Source of the DNA: an uncultured cyanobacterium
GTDB taxonomy: Bacteria; Cyanobacteriota; Cyanobacteriia; Cyanobacteriales; CAWCAG01
Direction: 5' to 3'
DNA length: 64,000 bases
Assembly: GCA_963793425.1 (NCBI GenBank)
Contig: CAWCAG010000005.1
Location: forward strand, 96,001-160,000
The notes beneath the pieces were generated by a model. The model had not been told where the DNA came from, searched no databases, and worked only from the letters and a program-made list of their open reading frames with translations. Position 1 is the stretch's first letter, and each line of letters starts with the position of its first letter. Below, in pieces: positions 19,722 to 30,264 of the stretch. The position numbers were made by a program, and so were the translations under genes.

Positions 19722-21395
19722 TTAAGCTTTCCACCAGCGATCGCCCTGCACCAAAGTATGAACTTGCCATTCTGGTAATGTTTTTGGGTAGTCGCCCCGG
19801 TAATGCCCACCCCGACTTTCAGTACGGAAGGCAGCACTTTTTAAAATTAAATAGGCAACATCTAATAAATTGAAGGTTTCGCCGTAGAGTTTTAGTTGCA
19901 CTTCTGCTTCTTGAGATGGTAGGTTCACCGTTTGATTTGCTGGTAAATCAAGCAAATAATAACTCATGGAGAATTTAGTAAGTTCTTTTCGCCAGGAATT
20001 AATTTGGGCGATCCCAACTTCCATAACCTCCTTGGTACGGCAGATACCAGCACTTTGCCACACCAAAATAGGTAATTGCTGTCGGATTGTAGCTATTTTT
20101 TCTGCTTCAATACTCCAATTATCTTTGAGTTTTAAAGGGGGTAAATCTTCAGTCAAAGATAAATCCTGCTCTCCTTTCATTTTGCTCAATTGAGCAGCAA
20201 AAACCAAACATTCTAATAAAGAATTACTTGCTAAACGATTAGCACCGTGAACCCCTGTACTAGCAGTCTCTCCCACGGTATACAATCCAGGAATAGAGGT
20301 TTGGTTGTTGGTATCTGCGGCAATACCTCCCATCCAATAATGGGCAGCCGGGGCAACGGGAATTGGTTGAGAAAATACATCTATACCCCACCGTTGACAA
20401 ACTTTAATAATATTGGGGAAGCGATACCCAATTCTTTCTGATTCAATAGGTCGCAAATCCAAGTATACACAAGCATCAGCAGGATTAGCAGCATTTTCTA
20501 GTAGGTGATTGAAAATAGCGCGGCTAACCACATCTCTGGGGGCTAATTCCCCTGCTGAATGGTAACTAAAGGTAAAACGATTACCAGCCTCATCTACCAA
20601 ATGCGCCCCTTCACCTCGTACTGCTTCGCTAATCAAAAAACGAGGGGCCCCTCGTTTAGTTAAGGCGGTGGGATGAAACTGGACAAATTCTAAATCCCTA
20701 ACTATAGCCCCAGCCCGCCAAGCTAAGGCGACCCCATCCCCTGTACTCACAGTAGGATTAGTAGTCTGGGCAAAAACTTGACCTCCTCCCCCTGTAGCTA
20801 AAATCACTTTAGGCGATCCTAACCAAATAATTTGCTTTTGGTATAAAAGGCTAATGCCTTGACAACGTTTGGTTTGAGGCTCCAACCATAAACTGAGGGC
20901 AAAGGCTTGAGAAATTACTTTAATGTTCGGACGGCTCAACACTCGGTTAGTTAAGGTACTAACAATCGCCCTACCTGTAGTATCAGCAGCATGGAGGACA
21001 CGGGGCTGAGAATGTGCTGCTTCTAAGGTCATAGCAAGTTTACCTTGCTTTCGGTCAAAAGCAACCCCCAAATCAACCAAGGACTCAATACATTGGGAAG
21101 CATTTTCTACCAAAAAATTAACGGCTGCTTCATCACATAACCCGGCCCCAGCTTTAAGAGTATCGGCCAAATGAGACTCCGCCGAATCCGTCGGGGCGAT
21201 CGCCGCTGCTATACCTCCTTGGGCCCATTCGCTAGCACCAGTTTGTAAGGCATCTTTGGTAATTAAGCCCACTCGAAGATTATCTGGTAAACAAAGAGCC
21301 GCATAAAGCCCCGCAGCACCAGCACCGATAACTAAAACATCAAATTGAGTAGGGAACAATTCCTGCTGCCCTAAATTAGCTTCTGACCCTGACAA
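19722..21395 (-). CDS. nadB: L-aspartate oxidase
   Basis: GAGAAG FAD motif, WAQGGIAA, QFHPT, LISEAVRGEG, HGANRLASNSL and ESRGGHYR. Confidence 0.96.
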   Translation of the reverse strand: MSGSEANLGQQELFPTQFDVLVIGAGAAGLYAALCLPDNLRVGLITKDALQTGASEWAQGGIAAAIAPTDSAESHLADTLKAGAGLCDEAAVNFLVENASQCIESLVDLGVAFDRKQGKLAMTLEAAHSQPRVLHAADTTGRAIVSTLTNRVLSRPNIKVISQAFALSLWLEPQTKRCQGISLLYQKQIIWLGSPKVILATGGGGQVFAQTTNPTVSTGDGVALAWRAGAIVRDLEFVQFHPTALTKRGAPRFLISEAVRGEGAHLVDEAGNRFTFSYHSAGELAPRDVVSRAIFNHLLENAANPADACVYLDLRPIESERIGYRFPNIIKVCQRWGIDVFSQPIPVAPAAHYWMGGIAADTNNQTSIPGLYTVGETASTGVHGANRLASNSLLECLVFAAQLSKMKGEQDLSLTEDLPPLKLKDNWSIEAEKIATIRQQLPILVWQSAGICRTKEVMEVGIAQINSWRKELTKFSMSYYLLDLPANQTVNLPSQEAEVQLKLYGETFNLLDVAYLILKSAAFRTESRGGHYRGDYPKTLPEWQVHTLVQGDRWWKA

Positions 21396-21610
21396 AAATG
21401 ACTTCCTCCTGGGGGATTAGCAGAGTATAGGATATTCCTTGCTGAACTTTCAACCTACGGCTGATTGGCAACACCAAAAACTCCAAGGCTGACCTTTGTT
21501 ACAGGCTTAAATAATTATTCGTGTTTTTTGCGAACTAGCTTGAGGATTCGTTATAATAAACTTCACAAAACTTCAATAATAACGTAAATCAATTATTTAT
21601 ATTTGCATCC

Positions 21611-22708
21611 ATGCAGTCCAACCCTAATTTTAACCAAATTTCCAGCTTATCTAATACCTTCACGAAAGCTAGTTACCAAGCTTTTCAACAAAGCAAAAGC
21701 TATTTTAGCTTAATTCACAAAACCATAAATAACCGTTTAACCAGTTTCTTTGTTCCTCGCCAGAACGAAAATACCATTCCTCTCTCACCAAAAATCCTGT
21801 GGCAAATTCAGCAAAGAATGGCTGAGTTGTTAGAAGTTGATTGGCAAGATGCCCAAAAAGGTGTTTATCCCCATAGTTTACTTTTTGACAATCCTTGGTC
21901 AGATTTCTTTCGCTATTATCCTCTGGTTTGGTTAGATATGCCTGCAATTTGGCAAAGGCTGCAACAGAAGCAATATCAAACCTTTGCCCCAGAAATAGAC
22001 AAAGAGGGTTATCCTAGCTACTATTTACAGAACTTCCATCACCAAACCGATGGTTACTTGAGTGATGAATCAGCTAATCTTTATGATTTGCAGGTAGAAT
22101 TACTTTTCAATGGTGCAGCAGATGCGATGCGGCGACGCATTCTTGAGCCTTTGCAAGCAGGATTAGCCAAGTTCGGGGAAGTGCCACCCCAGCAAATCCG
22201 CGTTTTAAATTTAGCCTGTGGTACAGGTCGAACTTTGAAACAAATTCGTGGCACTTTGCCCAAAGCATCTTTATTCGGTATTGACTTGTCTCCTGCTTAT
22301 TTGCGTAAAGCCAATCAATTACTCTCAGAAAATCCTGGGGAATTGCCTCAATTATTGCAAGCAAAGGCAGAAGAATTGCCTTACTTAGATAATTATTTCC
22401 ACGGACTAAGTTGTGTCTTCACCTTCCATGAATTACCACCAGAAGTACGTCAGGGAGCCATAGAAGAAGCATTTCGAGTTGTCAAACCCGGAGGCATCTT
22501 TGTAATTTGTGACTCTATACAGGCTTTGGATTTTCCGGAATTAACACCTATGATGGAAAATTTCCCGGCTATTTTCCACGAACCCTATTATAGAAATTAT
22601 ATTACAGATAATTTGACGGAACGTTTAGAAAAAGTTGGTTTTGAAAATGTTGTCACAGCAAATCATTTTGTTAGTAAGTACTGGGTAGCTTATAAACCAG
22701 AGGTATAA
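21611..22708 (+). CDS. Class I SAM-dependent methyltransferase (UbiE-like cyanobacterial family)
   Basis: YYLQNFHHQTDG, VLNLACGTG and FHELP. Confidence 0.85.
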   Translation: MQSNPNFNQISSLSNTFTKASYQAFQQSKSYFSLIHKTINNRLTSFFVPRQNENTIPLSPKILWQIQQRMAELLEVDWQDAQKGVYPHSLLFDNPWSDFFRYYPLVWLDMPAIWQRLQQKQYQTFAPEIDKEGYPSYYLQNFHHQTDGYLSDESANLYDLQVELLFNGAADAMRRRILEPLQAGLAKFGEVPPQQIRVLNLACGTGRTLKQIRGTLPKASLFGIDLSPAYLRKANQLLSENPGELPQLLQAKAEELPYLDNYFHGLSCVFTFHELPPEVRQGAIEEAFRVVKPGGIFVICDSIQALDFPELTPMMENFPAIFHEPYYRNYITDNLTERLEKVGFENVVTANHFVSKYWVAYKPEV

Positions 22709-22844
22709 TTAATATTTCTGGTAAAAGCATAGCTTTATAGTTCATTTTTGGGTCTAATGGCTGGAATTGATAACAATTTTCAGCTAAATGACCGATGTGA
22801 CGGGCAGAACTTTTGGCAGAACTTTTTATAATGGCAAAAGAACT

Positions 22845-23162
22845 ATGAATTTAGTTTATTTCAACGATCTTCTGAGACAATTTGTTCATAGTCACCCAGG
22901 TGTAGAAGATGCAGTTATTGTTTCTTCTGACGCAGAATTAGATCGTTTAGCCCAAAAAATTCAGACTGAAATTAGCTATGCTGAAACCTCAATTCTCTCC
23001 CCCCCAGAATATCTTAATTTTACTGGAAGTATTTTCCCTCAAATAGATGGAGATATTCTCCCTAAGAAAACTACTATTGCGAATGAGCAAAAGTTAAGAA
23101 CAAGTAGATTTTTTGAACCGCTACAGCGAAATTTCCTTGAGAAGCGTCCGCTACTTTTTTAA
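22845..23162 (+). pseudogene. Probable internally deleted Roadblock/LC7 (MglB-like) gene
   Basis: LLRQFVHSHPGVEDAVIVSSD resembles a Roadblock N-terminus, then jumps to a last-helix-like LDRLAQKIQTE with the core missing. Confidence 0.45.
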
Positions 23163-23202
23163 AAAAATAAATGAGTCTAAAGTACCGTGATCAAATAAAA
23201 AT

Positions 23203-24891
23203 CTAAAGCTGTTGCAGAACTTCTTCTCGCTTCTTAATTGCAGCTTGATAATCTGCTTTAATGTCAATAGCTTGTTCAAGAGCAGCTAGAGCTTTTTGAG
23301 GCTGTGCTAAATCTAGTAAAGTAAGAGCTTTGCCATACCAAGCTTCATAATATTTTTCATCAATGGCGATCGCCTTTTCATAATCTTGCAATGCTTTCTC
23401 ATGGCGTTGCAAAGCTTGTCTAGCGTTACCACGACCATTCCAAGCATACTGATAATTAGGCTCTAACTCAATGGCTTTGCTGTAAGAGGCGATCGCTTCG
23501 GGATATCGTTCTAATAGGAAAAGCGCATTGCCACGATTGTTCCAAGCGAAGAGGTAATCATCTTTATATAAAATAGCTTCATCAATTGCTTCTAAGGCTT
23601 CTTCGGGGCGCTGCAACTTTATTAGAGTTTCTCCCATATTGTCCCAAGCTATGTAATCATCTGATCTTAGTTCCAGGGCTTTTTCATAGGCAACCAGGGC
23701 TTCTTCATATTGTTGAGAATCAGTTAAAGCCAAACCTTGACAAATTAAAGCATCTACATATTCTGGATCGATTTCTAAGGCTTGTTCACAAGAATTACTC
23801 ATCTCTTCAGTCCTTTTCAATTGGCTCAAGACGTAGCCCCTTTCTAACCAAAGTTCCTTAGCTTGGGGATGAGTTTCTAACAACTCTTCATAGAGTGCCA
23901 ATGCTTCTGTATATTCCTCTGCTTCGACTAAGCCATGGGCTTTGTTAGCCAGAAAAACTGTTCTAGCGCGGGGGAAAAAGACAATTCCTCCCACAATAAC
24001 CAACCCAACTAAACCTAAAGGAACCCAGACGCGCCAATTAGGAGCAAGTCTAGAACTACTACTCCAGGGCTTTCTTACCCCGGTAATAGTTTCTAAATCA
24101 TTAATTACTTCCCTAGCAGATTGATAGCGTTTATGAGGATCGCTAAGCACCATATGATCTAATATCTTGCCTAACTTATTACCAACCTCTGCATCAGGCT
24201 TCCAAAGCAGTCCGCCAGTGTTGGGGTCTTCAGGTAACTGTTCTGGTAATATTCCTGTTAAAGCTTGAATGGCAATAGTCCCTAAAGCATAAATATCGCT
24301 ATTATTGCGAGGTCTACCTTTGAGTTGTTCCGGTGGCATATAACCGACAGTACCAACAGCAACAGTGGGGTCAACTCCTCCTTGGCTATTCATCACCATA
24401 GTTTGAATTTGTTTGACAGCACCAAAATCAATTAAAATCAACTTGCCGTCGGAGTTTCGCCTCATTATGTTGGCTGGTTTGAGATCGCGGTGAATTACTT
24501 TTTGGCTATGGATAAATTCTAAGATAGGCAGAACATCAAGTAAGATAGCAATGACTTCAGCTTCAGTTAGTTGCTTACCGAGAACAACTTCTTTACTAAG
24601 ATCGTGTCCGTCTACAAATTCTTGAACTAGGGAAAATTCTTCAGGATAATGGGCTAAAAGTCGGGGAACTTGGGGATGAAATAATTTAGCAAGTACCTCC
24701 GCTTCAATGTTGAAAAGGCGTTTAGCTTCCTGGATAGTAAACTCATCTTGAGCGGCTGGCATTAATTGTTTGACTACACACTGAGGACGGCTAGGTAATT
24801 GTGTATCCTCAGCTAAATAGGTTCGGCCAAAAGCACCTCTTCCCAAAGTGGTAGTGACTTGGTAACGTCCGCCAATCATGTTTTCAACCAT
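23203..24891 (-). CDS. Membrane Ser/Thr protein kinase with C-terminal TPRs
   Basis: LGRGAFG, VVKQL, HRDLKPAN, DFG and GYMPPE; one TM (VWVPLGLVGLVIVGGIVFF); about seven TPRs. Confidence 0.93.
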   Translation of the reverse strand: MVENMIGGRYQVTTTLGRGAFGRTYLAEDTQLPSRPQCVVKQLMPAAQDEFTIQEAKRLFNIEAEVLAKLFHPQVPRLLAHYPEEFSLVQEFVDGHDLSKEVVLGKQLTEAEVIAILLDVLPILEFIHSQKVIHRDLKPANIMRRNSDGKLILIDFGAVKQIQTMVMNSQGGVDPTVAVGTVGYMPPEQLKGRPRNNSDIYALGTIAIQALTGILPEQLPEDPNTGGLLWKPDAEVGNKLGKILDHMVLSDPHKRYQSAREVINDLETITGVRKPWSSSSRLAPNWRVWVPLGLVGLVIVGGIVFFPRARTVFLANKAHGLVEAEEYTEALALYEELLETHPQAKELWLERGYVLSQLKRTEEMSNSCEQALEIDPEYVDALICQGLALTDSQQYEEALVAYEKALELRSDDYIAWDNMGETLIKLQRPEEALEAIDEAILYKDDYLFAWNNRGNALFLLERYPEAIASYSKAIELEPNYQYAWNGRGNARQALQRHEKALQDYEKAIAIDEKYYEAWYGKALTLLDLAQPQKALAALEQAIDIKADYQAAIKKREEVLQQL

Positions 24892-24952
24892 AGGATTTAG
24901 TTGTGCTTCTACAGCCTGCTGAGAGATTTTCTAGGATTAAAAACCTATTTAA

Positions 24953-25438
24953 TTACCACCAAAAGAAACGGACACGAGTGCGACGAAAAGCACCTTGAAG
25001 TTCATCAACAATCTTGCCATCGTCAGTTATTTCTGCTTCTTCTGGCAAGATTGCCCCTAAAACGTTAGCGCTAGCTAATTCAAATAAGTGAGAATTTCCT
25101 GGACAGGCTTCTGAGGTGGTTTGTAGACAAACTAAGTTTTTACCTTTTTGCCAATCAGTTGTAATTGCTAAACCATCAGCCATATGGCCGTTTTGATAAT
25201 GAGTTTTGAGTTTTCTAGCTACAGAGTTACAAAGGTAGTCAGCTTGGTTAGCAGAAAAGAACTCTTCTTTCCACAAAAAGACAGGAATAGTTGTTCCGCT
25301 TTTGACAAGTTTGGTTATTGGGACAACATCACTTGTATCACAAACAAAGTCAACTTCTTCAGGCTCAGAAGCAATAGCTACATTGCTTAGGCTGAGGGAA
25401 AGAAGCGCTAAAATACTTGCATATAGTTTTCTTCGCAT
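24953..25438 (-). CDS. Secreted COP23-domain protein
   Basis: Signal peptide and the Cys pattern FVC..VPIT...W....F...C..VA.K....Y...VC. Confidence 0.7.
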   Translation of the reverse strand: MRRKLYASILALLSLSLSNVAIASEPEEVDFVCDTSDVVPITKLVKSGTTIPVFLWKEEFFSANQADYLCNSVARKLKTHYQNGHMADGLAITTDWQKGKNLVCLQTTSEACPGNSHLFELASANVLGAILPEEAEITDDGKIVDELQGAFRRTRVRFFWW

Positions 25439-25510
25439 AGCTCTAAAGAAGGATTTTAGGAGGATAATTCTTTTTATCTTAGCAGCTTGGTCTTAATCAA
25501 GGAAATTACT

Positions 25511-26728
25511 TCAATTACTTTCTAATTTTCTGATTTTTCTCTGAATAAAATTATATGGTTCTGAATTGCCCTGTTGTTTGTGTAATTTTGCGGCTTCTCT
25601 GTAGTTTATTAAGGCTTGCTCTTGATTATTCAGAGCTTCATAAGCTAACGCTAGCTTAAGGTAAGCATAACCATCGTTGGGGTTAAGTTCTATAGCACGG
25701 CTAAAATCAGGTATAGCTTCGTCATAATCACCTAATTCTGATTTCTCTACACCCCTGCCATAATAAGCCTCAGCAAAGTCTGGGTTAAGTTCAATGGCAC
25801 GATTAAAATCAGCGATCGCCTCTTCGTGGTTGCCTAATTTTCCTTGGGTAGCACCCCGGTTGTTGTAAGCATTAGCATAGTTAGGAGCAATTTCAATAGC
25901 ACGGGTAAAATCGGAGATCGCTTCATCATAATTCCCTAAAACTTCCTGTCTATAACCTTTGTTCAACAAAGCAACAGCATCCCTAGGGACATCTCCAATG
26001 GGACTATTTTTTGGCTCTTCCGGGGGTAGCTGAGGAGTTCCTCCGATTGAACTTAAACCCTGATAAATATCAATAGGAATTGCCTTGTTGACCTGCACTA
26101 AAATCTGACCTTTCCTAACTCCAATACCATGAATTCCTACTAACTCGCCTTGTTGGTCAAACACTCCACCCCCGCTCATTCCAGCTAAGGTAGGGTTGGA
26201 ATATTGCCAAGCATAGCCTTCATCATCTAGAGGATTGGTATTAATCGTATTAATCGTGCCATCGACAAAGCGATAAGAGATTTTATTACCAGTGTATCGA
26301 GCATCAGGAAAGCCAGAAACAAAAACAGTGCTACCTTCTATCAATTGTCGGGAATTACCAAATTCAGCAACAGGATAATTTCTCGAACTAGTAAACTGAA
26401 TTACCGCTAAATCTACACCTGAGATTATCTGTGTGCTACTGGGGTCAAAAGGGTAGCCATCTTCAGGGTTTTTGGCAGTGAATAAATATCCTTCCAAAGC
26501 ATCTTCAACCACATGACGGGCGGTAAGAACAGAATAAGTATTCCCTTCCTTTTGGATGATAACCCCAGAACCAATAGCAGAACCTAATTGATTACGAATT
26601 GAAAGACGAACCGTAACCGGCTTAGCTCTTTGCCCTACTGCAACTGAATCAAGAGCTTGGGCTTGGGCTGTTTCGATTGTAACTACTAAAGCCGCAGGCA
26701 TAGCCAAAAGAGCAAGGAAGTGTCTCAT
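25511..26728 (-). CDS. Secreted trypsin-like serine protease with TPRs
   Basis: Signal peptide, GSGVII, triad motifs LTARHVV / VDLAV / GMSGG, LVGIHG and about four TPRs. Confidence 0.9.
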   Translation of the reverse strand: MRHFLALLAMPAALVVTIETAQAQALDSVAVGQRAKPVTVRLSIRNQLGSAIGSGVIIQKEGNTYSVLTARHVVEDALEGYLFTAKNPEDGYPFDPSSTQIISGVDLAVIQFTSSRNYPVAEFGNSRQLIEGSTVFVSGFPDARYTGNKISYRFVDGTINTINTNPLDDEGYAWQYSNPTLAGMSGGGVFDQQGELVGIHGIGVRKGQILVQVNKAIPIDIYQGLSSIGGTPQLPPEEPKNSPIGDVPRDAVALLNKGYRQEVLGNYDEAISDFTRAIEIAPNYANAYNNRGATQGKLGNHEEAIADFNRAIELNPDFAEAYYGRGVEKSELGDYDEAIPDFSRAIELNPNDGYAYLKLALAYEALNNQEQALINYREAAKLHKQQGNSEPYNFIQRKIRKLESN

Positions 26729-26862
26729 AAGTTCATTCTCAGGAATAATTAACTCCGTATTTTACCGTAACTAACTCGAATTTATTAGTAAAGCAGTTGG
26801 GGGATTTGCAGAGTAATGGTTGCTGTTGAGATAGGGTTTTAGTAGGCTGGATAAAACTATGT

Positions 26863-27498
26863 TTAATTCTCTTCTAATCTTCTAATTTCTGCCTGCGCTC
26901 TATTGTAAGAATTTGTATTCCCTTCTTGGTCAAACACCCCACCACCACTCATACCTTCCAATGTAGGGTTAGAATATTGCCAAGCATAGCCGTCATTATC
27001 TAAGGGGTAAGAGTTAACGGTATTAATCTCCCCTCCCACAAAGCGATAAACTATCTCATTGTCGGTGTATGTAGCATCAGGAAACCCGGTGACAAAAACG
27101 GAGTTACCTTCTGAGAGTTTTTCAGAATCACCTAACTTTGCAACAGGATAATTTTTAGAACTAGTAAATTGAACAACTGCTAAATCTACCCCTGCAATTA
27201 TTTGTGTAGCGCGAGGGTTAAATTCATAACCATCTTCAGGATTTTCTGGGGTGAATAAATATCCTTCCAAGGCATCTTCTACTACATGACGAGCGGTGAG
27301 GACATGATAAGTATTATCTTCTTTTTTGATGATAACTCCAGAGCCAATTCCAGACCCCGACTCAGTACGTACCGAAAGACGTACAGTAACAGGTTTAGCT
27401 ATTTGACTAATTTCAGATGGATCAAGGGCTTGGGCAGTTTCGGCATAAATAATTAAAGCAGCAGGCAGAGCCAAAAGAGGAAATAAGTGTCTCATCAT
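26863..27498 (-). pseudogene. Tandem paralogue of the trypsin-TPR gene with an in-frame internal deletion
   Basis: Close paralogue of 25511-26728 up to GMSGGGVFDQEG, then jumps to the C-terminal NTNSYNRAQAEIRRLEEN. Confidence 0.8.
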
Positions 27499-27573
27499 CT
27501 ATCTAAGGGACTATTTATTATCAGTATTTTACCTTAGATGCTTGAGATTTAGATATTTTCTAGCTAAAAGCCT

Positions 27574-27727
27574 TGTAGGGTGGGCAAGTTGCCATCAATT
27601 CTCGGTTGCGATCATATTGTCTATCTTACTTGCCCACCATATAAACTGGGCCGAGATGATTTTGGTGGGCAAAAGGTAAAAGTTTTCTGCGGCAAGGTTA
27701 TTGATGATCTTTTTTGCCCACCCTACA
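27574..27727. repeat. REP/REPIN-like element (GTAG class)
   Basis: 14-bp terminal inverted repeats TGTAGGGTGGGCAA / TTGCCCACCCTACA, with internal TTGCCCACCA and TGGTGGGCAA. Confidence 0.8.
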
Positions 27728-27900
27728 GTTAACTTAATTCTGGAAAATGCCGACTACTCATGACGCTGCAAAGCCTGTTGAGCATTACTACACTCATTCC
27801 AAGCATACTAACTAATAACGGATTGGAAGGATTTTAGGTAATGAACAACAATCACGAATAAAAGATTTAAACTCGGCGATCGCTCTTTGAATAGCCACCA

Positions 27901-28512
27901 TTAGCGGATAAAACCAATTCTTTTTAAAGGCCAAAAACGGAACACTGCCCGACCAATAATTTGTTGTTTTGGTAAAAAGCCCCAAACATGGGAATCATTG
28001 CTGTTATTACGATTGTCTCCCATCATAAACAAACTCTTCTCTGGTACTTGTTGTTTAAATAACTGATAATGAGGAGGTTCAGCAATATAATTTTCTTTTA
28101 AAGGTACATCGTTTAAATAAACAGTATTATTTTCCACTGCCACAGTATCTCCTGCTGTACCTACTACTCTTTTAATAAAAGCTTGGTTAGCATCATAACC
28201 TTGCATTTGCAATTGTAGGGGGGGTTGAAAAACAACTATGTTTCCTTTCTGGGGAGAGGTGAACAAAGAAGAAACTTTCTCGACTACAATGCGATCGCCT
28301 ACTTCTAAGGTAGGAAACATCGAATCAGAGGGAATATAGCGAGGTTCAGCAATAAAAAAGCGAATGAAAAGAGAAATTGCTAATGCTAGGACAAGAATTT
28401 GTAGGTTTTCTTTAATACTCTTACCAATTAAACCACCAAGAGATTTTTCTTGATGAGAATCAGAAGAAGATTCTTTTTCTTTAGTTGTTAAATTTTCTTG
28501 TTCAGATGTCAT
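27901..28512 (-). CDS. lepB: Signal peptidase I
   Basis: IPSDSMFPTL (Ser), FIKRV (Lys) and GDNRNNSNDSH. Confidence 0.95.
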   Translation of the reverse strand: MTSEQENLTTKEKESSSDSHQEKSLGGLIGKSIKENLQILVLALAISLFIRFFIAEPRYIPSDSMFPTLEVGDRIVVEKVSSLFTSPQKGNIVVFQPPLQLQMQGYDANQAFIKRVVGTAGDTVAVENNTVYLNDVPLKENYIAEPPHYQLFKQQVPEKSLFMMGDNRNNSNDSHVWGFLPKQQIIGRAVFRFWPLKRIGFIR

Positions 28513-28546
28513 ACTGAGTTCTGTTTAGTTGCAGAGGTTATTGATT

Positions 28547-28605
28547 AGGGCAGGGAGTAGGGAGTAGGGAATAGGAAATAGGGAATAGGAAATAGGGAAT
28601 AGGGA
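28547..28605. repeat. Short tandem heptamer repeat (AGGGAGT/AGGGAAT/AGGAAAT) x about 7
   Basis: Directly visible upstream of lepB. Confidence 0.85.
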
Positions 28606-28761
28606 TTAAAAGAAAATTACTTACTCTGTTCCCACAGTGTATGACGTAATATGATGTAAATAGAAAACAAGTCGCTTGTACCAATGAATGATTGTCCACT
28701 ATTAATTATTGAAATTGTACGGCTTGCCGTCACCTCAAGCTAAATTGATAACTGATAACTG

Positions 28762-30000
28762 ATGAGTTGGCAAAAACGTCTTACTAATACTTGGAACAAT
28801 GCTACAGGGAGTTTAAGCAAACTTCTTCCTGTGGAGCAAGTAACTCGCACTGCGGTAGGCTGGTTTAGCATCAGCGATACTAGAGTAGCAGAGATTTTAG
28901 CTACTGTACGGGCGGAATTGCCTACCACAGAGGCTGTTTTGATTGGTAAACCTCAAGCTGGTAAAAGTTCCATTGTACGAGGGCTAACGGGGGTTTCAGC
29001 AGAAATTATTGGGCAAGGTTTTCGGCCCCATACTCAACATACAGAACGTTACGCTTATCCTTCTGGGGATCTGCCTTTGCTGATTTTTACTGATACCGTC
29101 GGCTTGGGGGATATCAACCAAAATACCGAAGCGGTGGTAGAGGAGTTAGTAGGGGAATTAGAAAAAGATAGTGACTGCGCCAGAATTTTGATTCTCACGG
29201 TTAAAATTAACGACTTCGCCACGGATACATTAAGACAAGTTGCCGAACAACTACACCAACGCTATACCAACATTCCTTGTTTATTAGTCGTAACTTGTTT
29301 GCATGAAATCTATCCCCCCAATACAGAAGATCATCCTGCTTATCCCCCTAACTGGGAAGAAATTAACCGTGCTTTTGTTGCTATTCAAGAAGACTTTGCT
29401 GAATTTAGTGATCGTGCTATCTTAATTGACTTTACCTTAGAAGAAGATGGCTATAACCCTGTTTTTTATGGTTTAGAAGCTTTCCGAGATGCCCTGACAG
29501 AGTTACTTCCTGAAGCAGAGGCAAAAGCGATTTATCAGTTGTTAGATGACAAAGACGCTGGTAAACAAATTGGCAATCTTTACCGAGATGTAGCCAGACG
29601 CTATATCCTCGCCTTTTCAATCATGGCTGCCACCCTTGCTGCTGTGCCTTTACCCTTCGCCACCATGCCTGTACTCACCAGCATTCAAGTATCCTTAGTG
29701 GGGCTTCTCGGCAAGTTATACGGGCAAACTCTCAGCCCTTCCCAAGCAGGAGGAGTTGTTAGTGCGATCGCAGGAGGATTTTTAGCCCAAGCAGTGGGGC
29801 GAGAATTAGTTAAATTCATCCCCGGATTAGGTAGTGCGATCGCCGCTTCCTGGGCAGCCGCTTATACTTGGGCATTAGGAGAAGGGGCTTGCGTTTATTT
29901 CGGTGATTTAATGGGAGGCAAGAAACCAGATCCCCAAGAGATTCAGTTAGTAATGAAAGAAGCTTTTAAAGCAGCACAAAAAAGGTTTAATAATCAATAA
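28762..30000 (+). CDS. GTPase with a C-terminal DUF697/YcjF-like membrane domain
   Basis: GKPQAGKSS and DTVG; hydrophobic AAVPLPFA and LVKFIPGLG segments. Confidence 0.85.
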   Translation: MSWQKRLTNTWNNATGSLSKLLPVEQVTRTAVGWFSISDTRVAEILATVRAELPTTEAVLIGKPQAGKSSIVRGLTGVSAEIIGQGFRPHTQHTERYAYPSGDLPLLIFTDTVGLGDINQNTEAVVEELVGELEKDSDCARILILTVKINDFATDTLRQVAEQLHQRYTNIPCLLVVTCLHEIYPPNTEDHPAYPPNWEEINRAFVAIQEDFAEFSDRAILIDFTLEEDGYNPVFYGLEAFRDALTELLPEAEAKAIYQLLDDKDAGKQIGNLYRDVARRYILAFSIMAATLAAVPLPFATMPVLTSIQVSLVGLLGKLYGQTLSPSQAGGVVSAIAGGFLAQAVGRELVKFIPGLGSAIAASWAAAYTWALGEGACVYFGDLMGGKKPDPQEIQLVMKEAFKAAQKRFNNQ

Positions 30001-30256
30001 TCAACCCTTCATCATTTTCCGGTTCATTCATTTCTTCAAGAGTCTTCCATCCTGCTTCCCAGACAGCAGGATCTTTTAATTGCTTGGCGTTAACCCAAAA
30101 ACGGACTGTGGGATCACAAGAAGACAACATTTCTGCAAAAACCCATTTACCTTGGTTTTTGCGATTAGCCACCTCAAAGTGTCGCCAACCGAAAGTTTTT
30201 TGACAAGCTGTCCATTTTGAACCAAGCAGATGAGGAAACTTTTGTTTTTTTGCCAT
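29987..30256 (-). CDS. TIGR02450-family tryptophan-rich protein
   Basis: LLGSKWTA...GWRHFEV...FWVNAKQLKD..WEAGW. Confidence 0.85.
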   Translation of the reverse strand: MAKKQKFPHLLGSKWTACQKTFGWRHFEVANRKNQGKWVFAEMLSSCDPTVRFWVNAKQLKDPAVWEAGWKTLEEMNEPENDEGLIIDY

Positions 30257-30264
30257 AGTTATTA

